DNA of 63,442 bases, the filler included, from Octopus bimaculoides (Eukaryota), in assembly GCF_001194135.2 (NCBI RefSeq). It is 11 parts of 10 records of this genome, joined end to end, with 100 filler letters (N's around TTAATTAATTAA, not from the genome) between each part and the next. Parts side by side here need not be neighbours in the genome. Positions count along the whole stretch, not along the records: positions 1 to 8,711 come from NC_068997.1; positions 8,812 to 19,621 come from NC_068988.1; 9 more parts are not named here. The stretch is one strand, 5' to 3'. Below the pieces are notes generated by a model that saw nothing but the letters and a program-made list of their open reading frames with translations, was not told where the DNA came from and ran no database searches. This document shows, one piece after another, positions 1-12,464 of the stretch. Position numbers and translations under genes: made by a program. Position 1 is the first letter of the stretch, and every line of letters begins with the position of its first letter.

Positions 1-871
1 ATATATATATATATATAAACATTTTTGATCACTATAAACAAATCATACACTGTCTTTTACAGGAGAGCCCATCACACACACACACACATATATATGTATG
101 TATATACACACATGTAATGTCAACAAATGGGGAACCGAAATCCAGGGAGATACCTTGTTAGCACTCTAATGAAATCCAGACTTGGCTAATCACATTGAAA
201 GACAGGAAACATTTAGTATCATTTCAGGTAAACAATTGAACTATACTCCTATTGATTGGTAAATCCAGAGGATTTTTTGTTGCATGCAGGGTATATAATT
301 AGGACATCAGAAATGAAGACTGGAGAATAATATATCTTCAAAGATTCTTTATTAAAACATTTTCTTTCTATTACATTCTGATACGTGTTTCTACTGGACA
401 AGTGTCTTCATGTTCTCTGATATAATAATTCTGTGCATTTAGTTGATTTAAATTAAATTGTATACATTATATGTATACAATAAGTTCATTATTACTATTA
501 TTATAGCACCTTTATATACTTCTTAAGACAGTGTCCTACAAGTGAACATACCAATTAGTTTCTTGTTACAATTTCGCATCTTATTAGTAACCTTATTTCT
601 ACAGTATTCCAAGCAGTATTATATATTCCATTTAGAAAATGAGGTATTGCACTATGAATATTATTGGTTTCATGATAGGTCAAATTAGGTGTGCCATTAG
701 ATTCCCTGCTCAGTTCATTTAATTTGTGAGTCTGGCTTAATTAGCCCTAATTTCTGTTAGTTCATTATTGATTCTATTACAAGTGTTAGTTATACAACTA
801 GATCCCTATTCTTATTCATATTATGTCCCAATCCATCTGGATAGCTATCATTATTATTATTATTATTATTT

Positions 872-1078
872 ATAAGGCAACAAGCTGGCAGAATTGTTAG
901 CATGCCAAGCGAAATGCTTAGTGGTATTTTGTCTGCCATTATGTTCTGAGCTTGAATCCTACCAAGGTCGACTTTGCTTTTCATCATAAAGTACCAGCTG
1001 GCTACTGGAGTCGATGTAATCGACTAGTCCCCTCCTGCCAAATATGAGGCCTTGTGCTTCCAGTAGAAAGGATTATTA
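872..1078 (+). mobile_element. SINE family D copy (…gctggcagaa…gagttcaaattcc…ggggtcgat…), CpG-decayed
   Basis: Same motif chain as the copies at 12815, 25318, 37538 and 42195; CpG sites are converted to TG/CA. Confidence 0.85.
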
Positions 1079-1344
1079 TTATTTATATTTGTGCTATAAT
1101 TTGCATTTACTGACTCCCTACTAGCAATCACTTTAATTCTCTTAGAATGATGTGCTACAATAATTTGGACTAGATTTCTAGTTGTTGAAAAAGCAAATAT
1201 AATTGTGTGTCTATTAAATTTCAGTCTGTATTTGTTACACAGGAGAAAATGTTTATCTGGTACACCAAACAATTTTGTTGGTATGTTTGTAGCTATTTGA
1301 ACCTTTAAGACTGCATTATACCACATGCACATGCATACATACAA

Positions 1345-1445
1345 CATAGGCATGGCTGTGTGATAAGGAATTTGCTTCCCAAGGGCCAACCAAAGATTTG
1401 TGAGTGGATTTGGTAAGTAGAAACTGAAAAGAGCCTGTTGTATAT
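1345..1445 (+). mobile_element. SINE family A head remnant, internally deleted
   Basis: ggctgtgtgataagg…ccaaagatttgtgagtggatttggta…aactgaaaaga matches the family A head at 28075 and 54238. Confidence 0.65.
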
Positions 1446-1649
1446 ATATGTGTGTATTTGTTCATTTGTTTTATGGTTGCTTTTTTCCATGCTAGCATAG
1501 GTTAAATGATTATATTATTGAGGCATTGCTTTAAGTCAGATGCTCTTTCTGTTGCTAGCCTTTACCTACTTTTCATGTAAGAGATCTCTTATTGCACTCT
1601 TCATTGAAGATGTGAAGACAACAGATGATTTTTTGACCAGCTACAGTAG

Positions 1650-1735
1650 CAGACACTTGTCTGAAGTGCCACAGTGTGAGACTGAATCCCAAAACCACTG
1701 AGAAAGGGAAGCAAACTTCTTAACCACACATGTAT
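1650..1735 (-). mobile_element. SINE family A head fragment
   Basis: gacacttgtctgaagtgccacagtgtgagactgaatccc…ttcttaaccacaca is the reverse complement of the family A tRNA-like head. Confidence 0.6.
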
Positions 1736-1738
1736 GTC

Positions 1739-1775
<37 letters not shown>

Positions 1776-1910
1776 ATGTGTGTGTGTGCTTTCATGTATA
1801 CTCATTGGCATTATCTGAGTGAAACGATGCCATTGTTTATATTCTCCATTAAGCAAAACCCCCACAGCTTCAGCAGTGTCATTTCTTGGGACAGATAGGG
1901 ACAGTAGAAT

Positions 1911-2082
1911 CATCATCATCATCATCATTGTTTAACGTCCGTTTTCCATGCTAGCATGGGTTGGACGATTTGACTGAGGACTGGTGAACCAGATGGCTGC
2001 ACCAGGCTCCAATCTGATCTGGCAGAGTTTCTACAGCTGGATGCCTTTCCTAACGCCAACCACTCCAAGAGTGTAGTGCGTA
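1911..2082 (-). mobile_element. Family E retroelement 3' end with (TGA)n tail (probably RTE-mobilised)
   Basis: (cat)n gtttaacgtccg…ccatgctagcatgggttggacgatttgactgagg…cagctggatgcc…taacgccaaccact recurs at 3923, 49010, 49390, 51833 and 56400. Confidence 0.85.
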
Positions 2083-2167
2083 GAAACAGACAAAGAGTGG
2101 CATCAGGAAGAGTATTTGGCCATAAAAAATCTGCTTCAGCAAAATTCATACAACCAATGCCAGCATG

Positions 2168-2207
<40 letters not shown>
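2083..2207 (+). mobile_element. Family E-related fragment ending in a poly(A) of about 40 nt
   Basis: ggcatcaggaagagtatttggcc…aaatctgcttcagc…gccagcatg followed by a poly(A) tract; a related piece is at 55820-55900. Confidence 0.55.
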
Positions 2208-2209
<2 letters not shown>

Positions 2210-3149
2210 AAACAAAATATCTCTATGTCAGTGCACATCAAAACTGCTGTTGCACACAAATATATATCTCCTGATTATTCCGTCACCATTATCATCAGCA
2301 TTGGATTAACCATTTAGCAAAATAAACATGGGAAGTTAGAGGCACCACAGAAATGGTAAATGGTTTATGTTACGAAAGAAAGGTTTATATGATTGTAAAT
2401 GTAATTTCAAAGCATCCGTGGTGTCATAGCGAGGATCTGATCAAAGACTTTGTAATTAAAAAAAAAAAAAAGAAACCAGAAAACTTTTCAAATAAAGTGG
2501 GAGTATACAAAAATAAACATTTTACTGTTAGATTTGTTTCATTTTGAAAAATAAAAAGTTATTTTATGGTTTATTATTGCTTATATTTTGAATTAAATAC
2601 ATATATATCTCTGTATATATATATGGAGGCACTTAAATCTTTTAAATGCTTAGGGCTTCTGTGGGTCTCAATTCAGCCCTGGTTATCAACAACAAATGAA
2701 CACAAAAGCAAATCAGAATTTTATAAGAAATGATTTTATTTGATTTCTTCCTTCAATGCATTTGATCTTTAAAAAAAAAAATTTTACATAAAATCTTAAT
2801 GATTATTGAAATTCTTAGTCATAATGTTCATAAATTTTTGGATGGTTCACTTAATTAAGGAAATTTGTTTGTCACTGTTAGTGTATGCTGAGAGCTTTCC
2901 ACAGAAATTGGTGTATTTATGGTGTGCAAATGCAGTGATTTATGTGTGCCATGTATTACAGCATTTGTATGAACACACGCTAACATACACAAAGGTGTAT
3001 ATGTGCATATACGTTCTCTATTCCATACACACAGTCTACAAGAAAGCCAACCCTATTTTCTGCTGCAGCTTTAAGAGGATGAAAAGAAAATTCCCTTCAG
3101 GGAAACAAGTTTTGGAGAGACATGATATACCTATGCCATACATAATGCT

Positions 3150-3202
<53 letters not shown>

Positions 3203-3922
3203 CCTCATGCAAGGTGTCTTTTTATATATACACACATACAAAATGCAGGTGTGTGTGTGTATATATATACACACACACGCACTTTATATGTGTGTGTGTT
3301 GTTTTTTTATTAACTGTCTATCTGCGACCCGGTTACAGAGTGTCTTCCAAAGTCCACTACATTATTCAGAGTGTACTTCTTTCTGATATGTTTTTTTATT
3401 AACTGATTATATATTACATGTATATATTATACATATATATATTGCACATATACATATATTACACATACACATATTATACATATATTGCACATACACATAT
3501 ATTATACATATATTACACACATATATATATTATACATATACATCAGGTCCTCCCATGAATATTGTCTGAAATATCATACATGTAATTTCTATAGATTAAA
3601 ACAGAAAGAGGCAAATGGCTTAGCAAGATTTGATAAGGACATTTAATTTAGCTATATAATAAAAAGGTGTACATAGTCTCTAACAGCTGTTTCTAGAATA
3701 TCCCAGCTATTGGAATTCTCGGACTATGGAATTCTTGCTCAACATAATGTTCTGTTACCAGAGAGGGAGAGGTTAAACAGCTGTGATAATGGAGGGACCA
3801 GAATTTTAGTGGCATACCAAATTGAGCATTCAGAGTGCAAACCTATTGGTTTAAGTCACCCTGGCAAAAATTCCTTGTATATTTTATATATGTAATTTCT
3901 ATCAAATTTTACAGTATTCTAA

Positions 3923-4288
3923 CATCATCATCATCATCGTTTAACGTCCGCTTTACATGCTAACAGGGGTTGGACGATTTGACTGAGGACTGGTGCTTTT
4001 ACGTGTCACAGGCATGAAGGCCAGTCAGGTGGTACTGGCAATGGCCACGCTCAAAATGGTGTATTTTATGTGCCACCCGCACAAGAGCCAGTCCAGGGGC
4101 ACTGGCAACGATCTCGCTCGAAAGTCCTTACACATGCTGCGGGCACAAGTGCTAGAAAGGCGACGCTGGGCACAGGTGCCATTACGATTTCGCTTGCCCC
4201 AACAGGTCTTCACAAGCTGAGTTTCGTGTCCAATGAAGGAGACGACGTTGGCATGGGTGCTAGTTGTCAAATTTAGTTTGATTTCGAT
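3923..4288 (-). mobile_element. Family E element (longer, internally deleted) inserted in the mariner
   Basis: Family E sequence flanked by a 9-bp direct repeat ttctaacat (3917-3925 and 4289-4297). Confidence 0.85.
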
Positions 4289-5183
4289 TTCTAACATGTC
4301 AAGTGATATTGATTGATACTCATATGAATTTGGAAACCTTTAACTTAATATAATTTCTCTTTACAGAATAATCTGACTGAAATAATTACTAATATTAACC
4401 CCTCAAAGGTGGACATATTGAATGAGCATTTAAGGCACATAAATGAGTTCAAAAAGAGAAACAGTGCAACAGGAGGAACCTGAAATATCCATTTGTTTAT
4501 GAGGAAGTGCTTGAACAAAAGAAGTTACAGAAGATGGTTTACAAAGTTCAAAAATAGCCTAAAAGAGAGGCCATGATTAGGATGCTCTGTTGAATTTGAT
4601 GAGTTTCATTTGTCGTCACNNNNNNNNNNNNNNNNNNNNNNNNNNNNNNNNNNNNNNNNNNNNNNNNNNNNNNNNNNNNNNNNNNNNNNNNNNNNNNNNN
4701 NNNNNNNNNNNNNNNNNNNNNNNNNNNNNNNNNNNNNNNNNNNNNNNNNNNNNNNNNNNNNNNNNNNNNNNNNNNNNNNNNNNNNNNNNNNNNNNNNNNN
4801 NNNNNNNNNNNNNNNNNNNNNNNNNNNNNNNNNNNNNNNNNNNNNNNNNNNNNNNNNNNNNNNNNNNNNNNNNNNNNNNNNNNNNNNNNNNNNNNNNNNN
4901 NNNNNNNNNNNNNNNNNNNNNNNNNNNNNNNNNNNNNNNNNNNNNNNNNNNNNNNNNNNNNNNNNNNNNNNNNNNNNNNNNNNNNNNNNNNNNNNNNNNN
5001 NNNNNNNNNNNNNNNNNNNNNNNNNNNNNNNNNNNNNNNNNNNNNNNNNNNNNNNNNNNNNNNNNNNNNNNNNNNNNNNNNNNNNNNNNNNNNNNNNNNN
5101 NNNNNNNNNNNNNNNNNNNNNNNNNNNNNNNNNNNNNNNNNNNNNNNNNNNNNNNNNNNNNNNNNNNNNNNNNNNNNNNNNNN

Positions 5184-5404
5184 TTGAGCGAAAACACCTA
5201 AATCTCCACAAGGCTCCGGCAGGGAGTGGTGGCGACCCCTGTTGTACTCTTTCGCCCTAACTTTCTCTCACTCTTTCTTCCTGTTACTTGGGTAAAGCTA
5301 CGATGGACTGGCATCCCGTCCAGCTGGGGGAGGGCAACACATATGCCATAGAAACCGGGAAACCGGGCCCATGAGCCTGGCTAGGCTTTAAAAGGGTGCA
5401 TAAA
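5184..5404 (+). mobile_element. SINE family B 3' part (5' end in gap), nested in the mariner
   Basis: gagcgaaaacacctaa…ggctccggcaggg…gatggactggcatcccgtccagctgg matches copies at 26224 and 43439. Confidence 0.85.
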
Positions 5405-6197
5405 TAAAAAAATTATTCCTTGGACCTTGCTCCTTCTGATTACCATTTGTTTCAAAGCTTACAGACTCACTTAGATGGATTAGTACTTGAAAGATCCAGA
5501 GAGGTTGAAACTGACTTCTCTTCTTCTTTCTCAGCAAAACCAAAGGAGCTTTTTTTACCAATGAGATTAAAAAAACTGATGAGTAGATGGAAGGAAGTCA
5601 TTGATAATGATGGGAATTATATACAGGATTAAATTTTAGTAAAATGTAAAATAACATCACTTTTTTTCCTTACCCAAAATTCACACATTACTTATGGAAT
5701 GACTTGATATATTTACAAACATATACTCAAACAGATACATGTTGTACAAATACAGAAGGTCCCTGTCTATAGACATATGGTGCATATATGTTTATATGTA
5801 TATACAGAAATAAGAGAGTTGCATTTGTCTGAATCAACATTATGTCATAAAGGAAATGGGTTAACACATATGTCACGTTTGGTAATATTAAGAACCTTGG
5901 CTATGGCACTAACTCAACAGCATTCACCAGACAAATTATGATAATTTCTTACAGAGATGTACAAGGCTGGAAACTCGACAGTGGTTGAGTTCAGTCAGTT
6001 TTTATCAGCCACAATACTTAACAGCTAGTTTATTTTCAATCAGTGTTGGAAGGATGAAAAGGTAAAAATCGAGGCCATGGCAGGATTTGAATACAATGTA
6101 AAGAACTGGGACTTAAAGACTACAAAATATAATTTCATTTCTATTTGTTACAATCAAACATCCAGCAGCCAAAAACATCATTGCTTGTTAAAACTGG

Positions 6198-6245
6198 TTA
6201 AAACTTCATGTTGTCAAATATTTCAGGGTAATTTTTGAAGAAAGC
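6198..6245 (-). CDS. DNPEP: Aspartyl aminopeptidase, terminal coding exon (AFFKNYPEIFDNMKF*)
   Basis: Minus strand: ttttatctatttatcttacag|GCT TTC TTC AAA AAT TAC CCT...AAG TTT TAA. Phase 0 joins the 8174-8341 exon in frame, and the peptide resembles the GFFE.FP.L DNPEP C-terminus. Confidence 0.87.
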   Translation of the reverse strand, partial: AFFKNYPEIFDNMKF

Positions 6246-6599
6246 CTGTAAGATAAATAGATAAAAAAGATAACATTCAAATAAATAAATAAAAGATAAT
6301 ATTAAAATTTTAAAAATTAATTTCAAACTATTCAATATTATTTGAAAATTCAAGTAAAATACAATGGAGGTGAGGTTAAAGGAGTGGACTTCTGACCATA
6401 CTGTTGTGAGTTCAAATTTTACTGGAGTCACTGTGTTGGGCCCTTGAACAAACCACATAACACTGCTTGCCCCAGTTTATCAGACTGGCCACATAGTTGG
6501 GAGATTTTGTTTTGTAACCACGCTTCCATGTTCAATCCACTTGTATGACACTTTGGGCAAGTGTCTTCGATCATTGCATACCAGGATTGATCAACAACT

Positions 6600-6638
6600 G
6601 AAATTTGGGAGATTGGAAATCAGGCAAATGACTTGTGT

Positions 6639-6675
<37 letters not shown>

Positions 6676-6838
6676 AGTGAGTGCGAGTGCATGAGAGTGA
6701 AAGTGTGTGTGAAAGAGAGAACGTGAATGTGTGTGTGTGTGTGAGAGTGAATGTGTATATGTGTGAGAGAGAATGTGTGTGCGCGAGAGAGAGTGAATGT
6801 GTGTGCACGCAAGAGTGAATGAGTGTGTGTGAGATTGA

Positions 6839-6873
<35 letters not shown>

Positions 6874-7020
6874 TGAGAGAGTGAATGTGCATGCGCATGA
6901 GAGTGAATGTGTGTGTGTGTGTGTGTGTGAGAGAGAGTGAAGGAGGGTGAATGTGTGAGTGAAGGAGGGTGGATGTGTGAGTGTATATGAAAAAAGAGAG
7001 AGAGAGGGTGCGTATGTATA
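6600..7020. repeat. Compound (TG/AG/AATG) microsatellite block in the last DNPEP intron; diverged duplicate at 7895-8105
   Basis: Both blocks start ggaga(t)tggaaatcaggcaaatga followed by (tg)n and gagtgaatgtg motifs. Confidence 0.75.
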
Positions 7021-7391
7021 TGCCTCACTAACAAATCCATTTCCTTATACTAATGTAAAACTTGTAAAATCGTAATATTAAGTTTGTAAAAGGGAGGTAG
7101 ATTATAAGGGAGGTAATTCAGTGCAACATAACCTGGTACTCATTTTATAAATCCAATTCATTGAAAGACTAAGTACTGAGGTACAGTTTTTTAATAAAAG
7201 ATGATGTCCCTGCAAGGTCAAAGCTCAATGACCGAAGGGTTTCTGGGATTAGTGGGTGAGAAGCAAGGAGGAGGGTATTCTCAAACCCTAGGGATCTGGC
7301 TGGAATGCTTCTAACAGTGGGAAGTTTACTAAAGACATCCAATGTGCCAGATGGTGGCGCACTGGATTAAGTCTATTACCCAAGTAGTGAA

Positions 7392-7710
7392 AGTGTGTGG
7401 CTTAGTGGTTAGGGTATTTGACTCATGATTATAATGTCGTGAGTTCAATTCCAGGCTGTGCATTGTGTCCTTGAGCAAGACACTTTGGTTCTTCATCGCT
7501 CCAGTCCACTCAGCTGGCAAAAACGAGCAGCATCTGTATTTCAAAGGGCCAGGCTTGTCACATTCTGTGCCATGCTGAATCTCCCTGAGAACTACATTAA
7601 GGGGACACATGTCTGTGGAGTACTCAGCCACTAACACATCAATTTCATGAGCAGGCTGTTCTGTTGATTGAATCAACTGAAACCCTTTTCATTGTACCAA
7701 CGGAGTGCCA
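7392..7710 (+). mobile_element. tRNA-derived SINE with a family C tail
   Basis: A/B-box-like head (tggcttagtggttagg…gagttcaattcc), gtgtccttgagcaagacact core, tail aaagggcc…gagaactac…ctgtggagtactcagccac…ggagtgcca. Confidence 0.8.
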
Positions 7711-7714
7711 TGGC

Positions 7715-7886
7715 AGGACAGGATTTGAACTCAGAAAACAAAGAACTGGAACAAATATTGCAAGATATCTGATCTGATGTTCTTTACAGTTCTGCCAATC
7801 CACAACCTTCAGTTGGTACTTTTTTTCATCAGGCCCCAAAGAATGAAAGTCAAAGTTGACCTTGGTGGTATTTGAACTCAAAGTAC
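7715..7886 (-). mobile_element. SINE family D fragments
   Basis: ggatttgaactcaga… and gttggtactt…ggtatttgaactca are the reverse complement of family D. Confidence 0.7.
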
Positions 7887-7923
7887 AATAAAAATGGGAG
7901 ATGGAAATCAGGCAAATGATTGT

Positions 7924-7984
<61 letters not shown>

Positions 7985-8173
7985 ATGCGAGTGAAGGTGT
8001 GTGAAAAAGAGAGAAAGAGAGTGAATCTGTGCGTGAGTGAATGTGTGTGCAAGAGAATGTGTGTGTGTATGCATGTGTGAGAATGAATGTGTGTGTGCGT
8101 GTGAGATATCAATAATTTGGCCAAGGTGTGACTTCGATGATAAAGTAGAATTTGGAAATAGGATTGATCTTAC

Positions 8174-8341
8174 CTCGAACAGAGCAATACCATGTGCAAT
8201 ACTTGTTGTGCAGCACTGTTCCCTGATTGAGTGCATGCTTAGCTGGGGGCTACCGACATCAACAGTGGGAATGCCAATTTTCTGGGATAAAATTGGTCCT
8301 ATGGTGCTACCACAAACAGAATCGTTGCGAATAACAAAATC
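8174..8341 (-). CDS. DNPEP: Aspartyl aminopeptidase (M18 family), penultimate coding exon, 168 nt, phase 0/0
   Basis: Minus strand: ttttcattttcttcaag|GAT TTT GTT...CTG TTC GAG|gtaaga. Translates to DFVIRNDSVCGSTIGPILSQKIGIPTVDVGSPQLSMHSIREQCCTTSIAHGIALFE, matching the recalled M18 C-terminal signature (VRND..CG.TIGPIL...G....D.G.PQL.MHSIRE) including the metal-ligand His. Canonical splice sites. Confidence 0.95.
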
Positions 8342-8439
8342 CTTGAAGAAAATGAAAATGAATTTAAAAAATGAATGTGAAGAAAAAATTTTATCTTTAA
8401 CTCTGATTTAATTGGTCTTTTATGATGCTCCTATTCATT

Positions 8440-8580
8440 TAAGCTGATGAAATAACTTCTACTTGGTTACTTGATCTGCTAGAAACAGCAGTCAAATCTC
8501 TCTCAAATCATACCTTACCATCTTAAAAAGAGAAGAATACGTAAGATAATTTAGTGCTAGATACACTATGTCTGATTTCA
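8440..8580 (+). repeat. Old dispersed repeat family F (…agaaacagcagtcaaatctc…agataatttag…); related copies at ~10485-10620, ~13690-13865 and ~51630-51820
   Basis: Shared motifs acagcagtcaaat, tagatacactat and gatggtcacagct occur among the four diverged loci. Confidence 0.55.
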
Positions 8581-8755
8581 TCCAGCATGCTAATGATTCA
8601 GTCAGCTCACTGCCTTAATAATAATGTAATATAAATAAAAAATGTTGAATGTTTTGATGCATGCTTTTTAGCCTACACTTTATATCTATCTATCTATCTA
8701 TCTATCTATCTNNNNNNNNNNNNNNNNNNNNNNNNNNNNNNNNNNNNNNNNNNNN

Positions 8756-8767
8756 TTAATTAATTAA
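8756..8767. other. Artificial scaffold-join linker TTAATTAATTAA in a 100-nt N spacer; also at 19666, 27590, 35620, 43383, 44908, 47241, 48954, 60304 and 62236
   Basis: An identical 12-mer with stops in all six frames, centred between 44-N runs, ten times. Confidence 0.97.
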
Positions 8768-9582
8768 NNNNNNNNNNNNNNNNNNNNNNNNNNNNNNNNN
8801 NNNNNNNNNNNTATATATATATATATATATATATGCTTGCATTCTTTTTGCATATGACTTGTTTTATATTGCGTAAAACTGCCTTCATTATTTATAATTT
8901 TCACATTAGCATTTCACTTAAATTAGCCATTAACTTATATGGTACATGCATATAGTGATTGTCTGGATTTAGCCAAACCATTCGGTGATGGAGAAGTCAC
9001 CACTGACGAGCTTGTAATTTTTCAGGTGAAATTAGTCTAGTTCGCTTATGGATCGGTTATCTCCTCTGTCAGTATATGAAAATGTGCTTTCTTTCCGCTC
9101 TAAGGGTTTTTAATTCACATTTCTAGCAATATAATTGCTACTAAACCTCTTCAGTCATAGTTACTGACAATTGAATGTTTCCTTTTTGTTTTTATATTGC
9201 GGATAGATGCCTTCATGTTATATACATAGAAATAAATACATATATAGGTTGTCTACATAGACGTGTATAATTATTTGTATATTTACGTTATTTGTACTAA
9301 CACTCATTCTTATAGCAATAACACTTAAAACCAACACGTACACCTATATTCAACACATACACACTAAACGATTAAACCGGATGCACACACAGCATACGAA
9401 CAGCAGTACACACGTAGCAAAAAAAAAAATAGAGAAGAAAACAAGGCATATATAAACATGATTCATGTTTGAGGAGCTTACTCCCAATATTTTTATTATT
9501 CGCAAAGAATTACCTTTTAAACCGAGCGTCCTGAAATATAACTATTACAAAGAATGTCTCACTCAGACAAGAATTTAACAAA

Positions 9583-9840
9583 TACTTACTCTTTACTCTT
9601 TACTCTTTTACTCTTTTACTTGTTTCAGTCACTTGACTGCGGCCATGCTGAAGCACCGCCTTTTAGTCGAGCAAATGGACCCCAGGACTTACGACGGGCT
9701 TCTTTCAGTTTACGTCTACCAAATCCACTCACACGGCTTTGGTCGTCCCGAGGCTATATTAGAAGACACTTGCCCAATATGCTACGCAGTGGGACTGAAC
9801 CTGGAACCATGTGGTTGGTAAGCAAGCTACTTACCACACA
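9583..9840 (-). mobile_element. SINE family A, internally deleted (head joined directly to tail)
   Basis: (ttactct)n…gactgcggccatgctg…gaccccaggactt joins acgacgggcttctttcagt…gggactgaacc…ttaccacac. Confidence 0.85.
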
Positions 9841-11455
9841 GATGCTATTATACGCTGTTTAATCAGTCAAATTAGTTAGCTGTATTGTTTGTGTTTGTGG
9901 ATATTATTCTCTAATATATATGATTGATTAATTAATATATGTCTGTGGTTTGATTCTCTAATATTTGAGCATGAGAGAAATAGAAAGAGAAGAAGAAAGA
10001 AAGAATGAGAGCATTAATATGAGTGCCAGTAGCCTTAGCGTTGGCCGGTGCTAGTAGAAATGAGATTACTTCATGCTGGGGACTATTCGTGTGTGATGAG
10101 TTTGGCCAACCACGTCATTTGACAATGAATAGCGCCTGAAAATGTACGCACACCTGTTCTCTGTTGTTACTTGTGTGTTAGTTGCTTAGCTGCCTGTTAT
10201 TTTCTTCTCTTTGACTGCCTACCTAACTGTCGTTCGCTCCTGCGTTTAAAATACTTTATTTGTATCTGTAAATCTTCTGTCTTTTAATATGCCCCAAAAC
10301 AAATCTGATGGGACTGATCCGTGTTCGAATTAATGTATAGGCTTGCTCCAAACACGCTTTCGCCATCAAGTATCGATTGTTAAAGGCAGCATTTTAAACT
10401 AACAAGGCAACATTTTAAACTCGATTTCGCTAAAATTTGAACACTGCTTTCAATTACTTTCGTTTCCCTACGACTACTAATCGCATTACTAAAAACAGCA
10501 GTCAAATCTCTCGTATTTCATACAACCGTTTTAAAAGGGGTAAGATAATGTAGTTCATAGTATATAAATTGAAGAGATGGTCACAGCTGCAATGTCGATT
10601 AATGTAAGTGCTGGCCTTTTGCTAATCAACGGCTACAACAGCAGCAGCAAATGAAATAGGAGGAAGTTAGTTAACATACTATTTCTTCCTATCTCAACAT
10701 GTTCTTGTTATTGAAAACCATTTCAATTACTTGAATAAGGTGGTGCAATACCCCGCCCCCTCTAAAATCAACAGGCTATCAAATCTCGTTATTGTAAAGT
10801 CATTCCTCCTAGCTATTTCGTATTTAATAAATCTCTGATAATTAATACTAAAACAAACATAAACAAAATAAATAAAATGTTACTGATTGCTCAGTTATTA
10901 TTTGACTTTAACTTAATCGTATTAATATAACAAAAGAAAAAAAATAGTTGTTTATCCTGTTTTAAAATATATCGCTACAATTCACATGTTTATTTTTCCT
11001 CTCAATAATACACATGTATTTTTATGCACAATAAAATTGTTTTTAATGAGAAGATTAAAGTTAACTGTGTGATGAGGTAGTGATGAGATCTTAATTGGAT
11101 TAGATTTGATTTAGAAAACTAGAACTCAACACATGAAATTAATTGGAATTAACTGCAAACCGTTGTCGTAAATTTCATTCTAAGAAAGACAACAAAGGAC
11201 GTAGTTAAAAATAAAACTAGACAGTAGTTATATTTAAATGAAATATAAACAAAATGAAAACAATGAAGCCCAACAACCGTTGTGACTAGAATGGTCTACC
11301 TAAAATAGAATACATACACACATGCGGGCGCACACAAAAACACATATACACCATGCATATGTGTGTCTATATCTATCTATCTATCTATCTGTCTATCTAT
11401 CTATATATATATATTATATATATCAAGTACGTAGTAGATACTAAAATATATATAA

Positions 11456-11514
<59 letters not shown>

Positions 11515-11973
11515 NNNNNNNNNNNNNNNNNNNNNNNNNNNNNNNNNNNNNNNNNNNNNNNNNNNNNNNNNNNNNNNNNNNNNNNNNNNNNNNNNNNNNN
11601 NNNNNNNNNNNNNNNNNNNNNNNNNNNNNNNNNNNNNNNNNNNNNNNNNNNNNNNNNNNNNNNNNNNNNNNNNNNNNNNNNNNNNNNNNNNNNNNNNNNN
11701 NNNNNNNNNNNNNNNNNNNNNNNNNNNNNNNNNNNNNNNNNNNNNNNNNNNNNNNNNNNNNNNNNNNNNNNNNNNNNNNNNNNNNNNNNNNNNNNNNNNN
11801 NNNNNNNNNNNNNNNNNNNNNNNNNNNNNNNNNNNNNNNNNNNNNNNNNNNNNNNNNNNNNNNNNNNNNNNNNNNNNNNNNNNNNNNNNNNNNNNNNNNN
11901 NNNNNNNNNNNNNNNNNNNNNNNNNNNNNNNNNNNNNNNNNNNNNNNNNNNNNNNNNNNNNNNNNNNNNNNNN

Positions 11974-12037
<64 letters not shown>

Positions 12038-12464
12038 GTAAGAGAGAAAGAAATCAAGAAAGAACGAAGGAAAGAGAAGGGCGATACAGAATTCAGAATT
12101 TGGCGTTTAGCGATTGTTGTTAGTCTCTTGGCGAATTGAGTCTGCAAATCAGTTTTGATTTCCGGTTGGAACCGCTTCACTTCACTTTGCTAAAGCTTAT
12201 ACTTTTAATTTCCGTTTCGTAATAAATCTAAGATATCATTATTAATTAAAATGTCATATTTCAATTAATCATGATGTCTTAAGAGAAATTAGAGTTAAAC
12301 TTTCTGCTCAACCAAGTTCTTCTTTCCGATGGGATTTTACAGATTTGTGATATTAATAACAACCTGATATTTGAACAAAATCCGTAAAGAATGAAAGTAC
12401 TCCTTCTGACAATACACATAGTTATAGAATGTATCCGTTGCTATAATTAGAAGCAGGAAGAATG

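Larger units (their letters stand above)
3541..5710 (+). mobile_element. Decayed mariner transposon with nested insertions
   Basis: Left TIR catcaggtcctcccatgaatattgtc (3541) matches the reverse complement of the right end (tatcaagtcattccataagtaatgtg, ~5685-5710). N-terminal HTH relic at ~4410-4610 (DILNEHLRH…RWFTKFK…VEFDE). C-terminal DLAPSDYHLFQSLQTHLDG…W.EVIDNDGNYI at 5420-5632. Confidence 0.85.

Noticed and set aside
345-420. Hammerhead-like minus-strand motif (aUGAAGA…GAAAC ac GUA ucaga…AAUAAA)
   Set aside because: C3 is missing, there is no stem I partner and stem II is only 3 bp; at best a very old relic.
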